From positions 166,043-209,103 of the forward strand of contig BDGG01000019.1 in assembly GCA_001949185.1 (NCBI GenBank): a stretch of DNA of 43,061 bases. The letters run 5' to 3'. This DNA is from Ramazzottius varieornatus. Taxonomy: Eukaryota > Animalia > Tardigrada. Below are positions 39,830 through 43,061 of the stretch, in pieces. The position numbers and the translations under genes are program-made. The notes under the pieces are model-generated. The model was not told where the DNA came from, searched no databases, and saw nothing but the letters and a program-made list of their open reading frames with translations. Numbering within the stretch: the first letter of the stretch is position 1; each line of letters opens with the position of its first letter.

Positions 39830-41050
39830 TCAAGAAATATTGCGCACGACATCCTGGGAATCCGCCTGCTCATTCAACCTTCGGCCAAAAGATACACTGT
39901 TGATCCGAATTAGGGTTTGCGGCTCGCGATTAACTGCAAAAGGAACATCTCATCAGTCACTGAGATTTCTACAACACTTTGAAACGCCTCGTTAACCATG
40001 CGTCCGCACTTACATCGCGTAGTTCTCAGAGGAATTTTTCGTAGATGCTTGAATCGAATAATGGGATACGACAAAGTCTTTTCGATGACAGTTGCTTCCA
40101 CGTTGACGAACCCTCGACTGAAACATCAAAACAAGTTATCAGAAAGCTCCTGATACGCAACTGCGAACTCTCAAATGACTCGCTTGAATTCAAACTTACT
40201 CTAACAATGGGCGACCGAGTAGCGTGAAGTCGGAACATCCCACGGCCAAGACCTGGCGAAGAAAATTCCCGGGTCAACATCACAATGAAAAGTGTTTCCC
40301 GTAGTTTTCTTACCTTCTCCATCCGTATTCTTTCACCAGTTTGTACATGATAGACACCCGTTATCATGATAATATCCTCATCGGTCACGCGATACTGTCT
40401 GCCTGACAGGAAGACCACTGCGAAAAGCCGGCCATGACTGCCTTCTGTAATTTGGTTGTTTATCCTCTCGGTCACCTCTGAAATGGAAAAGCATAATGTT
40501 TAAACATTGGCCAAAATTGAGGAGCGCGTTCTAAAGTGAGAAGAGATGTTTTACCGTTATGTATTCGAGCTTCGTGAGGTTCAAGCCCTTCGACGGGATC
40601 GCCGTACTGAATTTCTTCGGGTAATATTTTAGGATTAAATGGATTCAGTCTGCAAGAAGGAAAACACACAAAATACATCCTATGCTCTATCAGAATCTAG
40701 GGACGCGCGACTCACTGTGGGTCGCCAAGCATCTCGGTAAACTGGATCTCTTCCTGATCTGCTGGTGCCACTTGTGCAGGAGGAGACTTTAACAGCTTTT
40801 CAGGCAGTAACATCCTTGGCGGTGGCCGCCATGCACGACCGTAGCTTCTGCAGGTTTGTGAGAGACGGGGTGATGAGAATGAAGGAGCAATGAGAGATTT
40901 ACCTACTGGACACGGTCAGCAGGAGGGTTTAAAGCCAATTACGACTAAAGAGTGCGGCGGCAGGATTTCTTTACCTTGGGATAAGCACTGCCTCCAGCAG
41001 CGACTTGGATGCTGCGCCAAGATGCGCGCCATGGAAGGAGCTAACGACAT
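39830..41050 (-). CDS. MRPL21: Mitochondrial ribosomal protein L21 (bL21m)
   Basis: GRLFAVVFLSGRQYRVTDEDII..GERIRMEKV, GCSDFTLLGRP, VEATVIEKTLS..IRFK, REPQTLIRINSV. Arg/Ser-rich N-terminus resembles a targeting peptide. Confidence 0.92.
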
Positions 41051-41513
41051 CTTCACTAGGCTTCCACAGTCGGCGATCTTCAGTGTTTATTTCGGGATGA
41101 AGGTAGGTCAGCAGAAGCAGTAGAACGAAGAATAAATCCAATGAATGATCCGGACGGAGTGATCGCAATTTGCGAATCAAGACCGGAAACTTCAACGATG
41201 GAATAGAGCATGACGTCACGCCATGTGCTTTGTAACGGTACCAGTGCTTTAGCTTTATAACTTAATGCGCGAACTCAGTTCGCGGAAGCACTATGAATTG
41301 ATTGTTGATTACGGAGGATCAATTTTCTATTCCGATTTCCCATTATTTCCTCGTCGAAGAAAACGGAAAACACACACAAATCGTCGACGGTAAAAACGCA
41401 ACTTCAAAATTCCAAATGCACACAGTAAACCACCCGGAAGATGCTCCCTATACAAGCTTGTTCTAAAATCGACAGAGCGTTAGAATACATTCAAGGACAG
41501 CACTCCAAAATAT

Positions 41514-42464
41514 TTAATGAGCATTCTTGTCTTCCAAATGTCTGTCTGGACCACCAATGTTCCAAGCGCCACTACCCTTCTCTCCGGGAATAATCCCAGC
41601 CTTCGGATCGTAGTCGTGAGGATGGAGAGTCTGGTATCTCTTCTGATCGAAGCCATGGGCGTTCTCAGGAAACTCTAGGATAAACTCTTCCATCGTCATC
41701 TTGTGCAGCGGCAGCATATCTTCCCATTGTTTCGCCTACAAGAGAAGTCAAATGAAAGCCACCCGGCAGAAATCACAGCCAACTACCGAGCGTACCTCAG
41801 TTCTAAGCTTCTCAATTCGCTGATTTGATTCTTGGATGAAACGTTTCGTGCTCGCCAGCTGGAAAAGCCACCACATAAGTATAACCCGGTCAAATCGGAC
41901 GTGAGCAAATGAGTTCAACGAGATCGTTGTCACGAGCGGCGCATGTTCTCATTGTCAGTGGCTAATGGTGTGCGCCACTCGAAAAAAACGATCCGGTATC
42001 ATTCCACTGCCCCCGTCCAAATATCACTGAAAACAAGGTTTTACCGCTTCTTGTTCCTGCTGGTCGATCTGCGACGTTAAGGTGTCTTTAGGATAGCTAA
42101 CCTTCACACTGGCCATCTGGAAACCGCATAAACGCATTCACAGAAGATGAAACTTGGTGGCTAGGCAAGCTGGAATTTTACCTGTTTTTGAAACTGATCT
42201 ACTAAGCCAGGTACGGGGATTTTCTTCTTATATGTCTCCCAGTCGATCTTTGGTGGATTTTCTGGGTAAGACATCGCCCTGTAACAAATACGGTTTGGTA
42301 AAGCTCGCTGAACGGGAAGTGGAAAGACATTCGTCCCCTTACTTGGACAAGTAGGCATCATGACGCGTCTTGAATGCCTTCAGCGAGATCTGCTGATCCT
42401 CGGGCACGCGAGCGGCAAAGGCGGCCCAGTCAATGGCGCTCTTGGTGACTCGGCGACTGCTCAT
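41514..42464 (-). CDS. ATP5PD: Mitochondrial ATP synthase subunit d
   Basis: MSSRRVTKSAIDWAAFAARVP, YPENPPKIDWETYKKKIPVPGLVDQFQKQ, VSYPKD, LPLHKMTMEEF..FP; 5 exons. Confidence 0.95.
41914..41994. repeat. N25 hairpin family monomer (ATP5PD intron)
   Basis: GAGCGGCGCAT-N25-GTGCGCCACTC with GATCGTT/AACGATC outer arms. Confidence 0.85.
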
Positions 42465-43061
42465 GATAATTCTCGGGCTATGTACAGCAAAGTGAAGAGT
42501 GGATGGTAGCAGATGGGAAGAAACCTGGATGGGCGGACAGAAACAGAAATTCTGGACGAGAAGACGGAAAAATCAAGTTCAAATTCAAACCAGCTGTGAA
42601 AGTGATAGACGCTCCAATCAAGCAAGAATGGAAATGTTGTAGCTTGATCGACAGCGCTCACGCTGTTCCTCAAAGAACTCAGGAGGGAACACCGAACGAC
42701 GAGGAACAGATTTTAGGGAACAGACGTCCGCTTGTTGATTGCTTGGTGTACCTCCAGTCCGCCAAGCATTCACAACCAAAACAATGCGGTGAAATCGATT
42801 TTTGGCTCTGGATGAATGGAGAAAGTCTCGGTTGGGACGCTGGCACTCATCCATCCCACAATTCCTCGCATCCTTCGGACTTTAGCGGAGTACTCTGTCT
42901 TCAGTCACTTCACTGCTCTTCTGCCTAGGAGAAACCTGTACTATTCTCTTGAAGATCTCCTCAAACGTTGTTATAAAATATAAGGCCGGGAACCTCCGTA
43001 AATTTATCTGGACTTTATGTTCTGTNCACTGGTCGTGAAGAAGCGACGTACTAACTCCCCT
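42449..43061 (-). repeat. Right (native) copy of the inverted duplication; runs off the window end
   Basis: Reverse complement of 614-1226. Confidence 0.96.

Noticed and set aside
42503-42928. 141-aa ORF present at both ends of the window (also 747-1172)
   Set aside because: Its duplication just reflects the ~99% identical repeat; no family motifs, and it lies in ATP5PD upstream DNA.

Overview
Gene-dense, intron-containing animal genomic DNA of moderate GC content. It is probably from a small invertebrate; short GT-AG introns and the PIP5K motif CYQSLGKN suggest a nematode, which is inference only. Recognisable genes in order: MADF-BESS protein plus a decayed PIF/Harbinger transposase, PIP5K type I, an intronless fungal-type DUF1349 gene (probable HGT), gamma-glutamyl transpeptidase, a TSP1/Ig membrane protein, Smad2/3, Sec16, SQSTM1/p62, RPL13, a divergent U6 snRNA gene, MRPL21 and ATP synthase subunit d. 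Non-coding structure: (i) a 613-bp, ~99% identical inverted duplication of the ATP synthase d 5' region near both ends of the window; (ii) a dispersed ~85-bp hairpin family (17 units at 12 loci) whose GTGGCGCAC/GTGCGCCAC cores are exactly 25 nt apart in 16 of 17 copies despite strong divergence; (iii) three hAT-type MITEs, one nested inside a fold-back element. Exon boundaries were read by eye, family calls come from recalled motifs, and no database searches were run.
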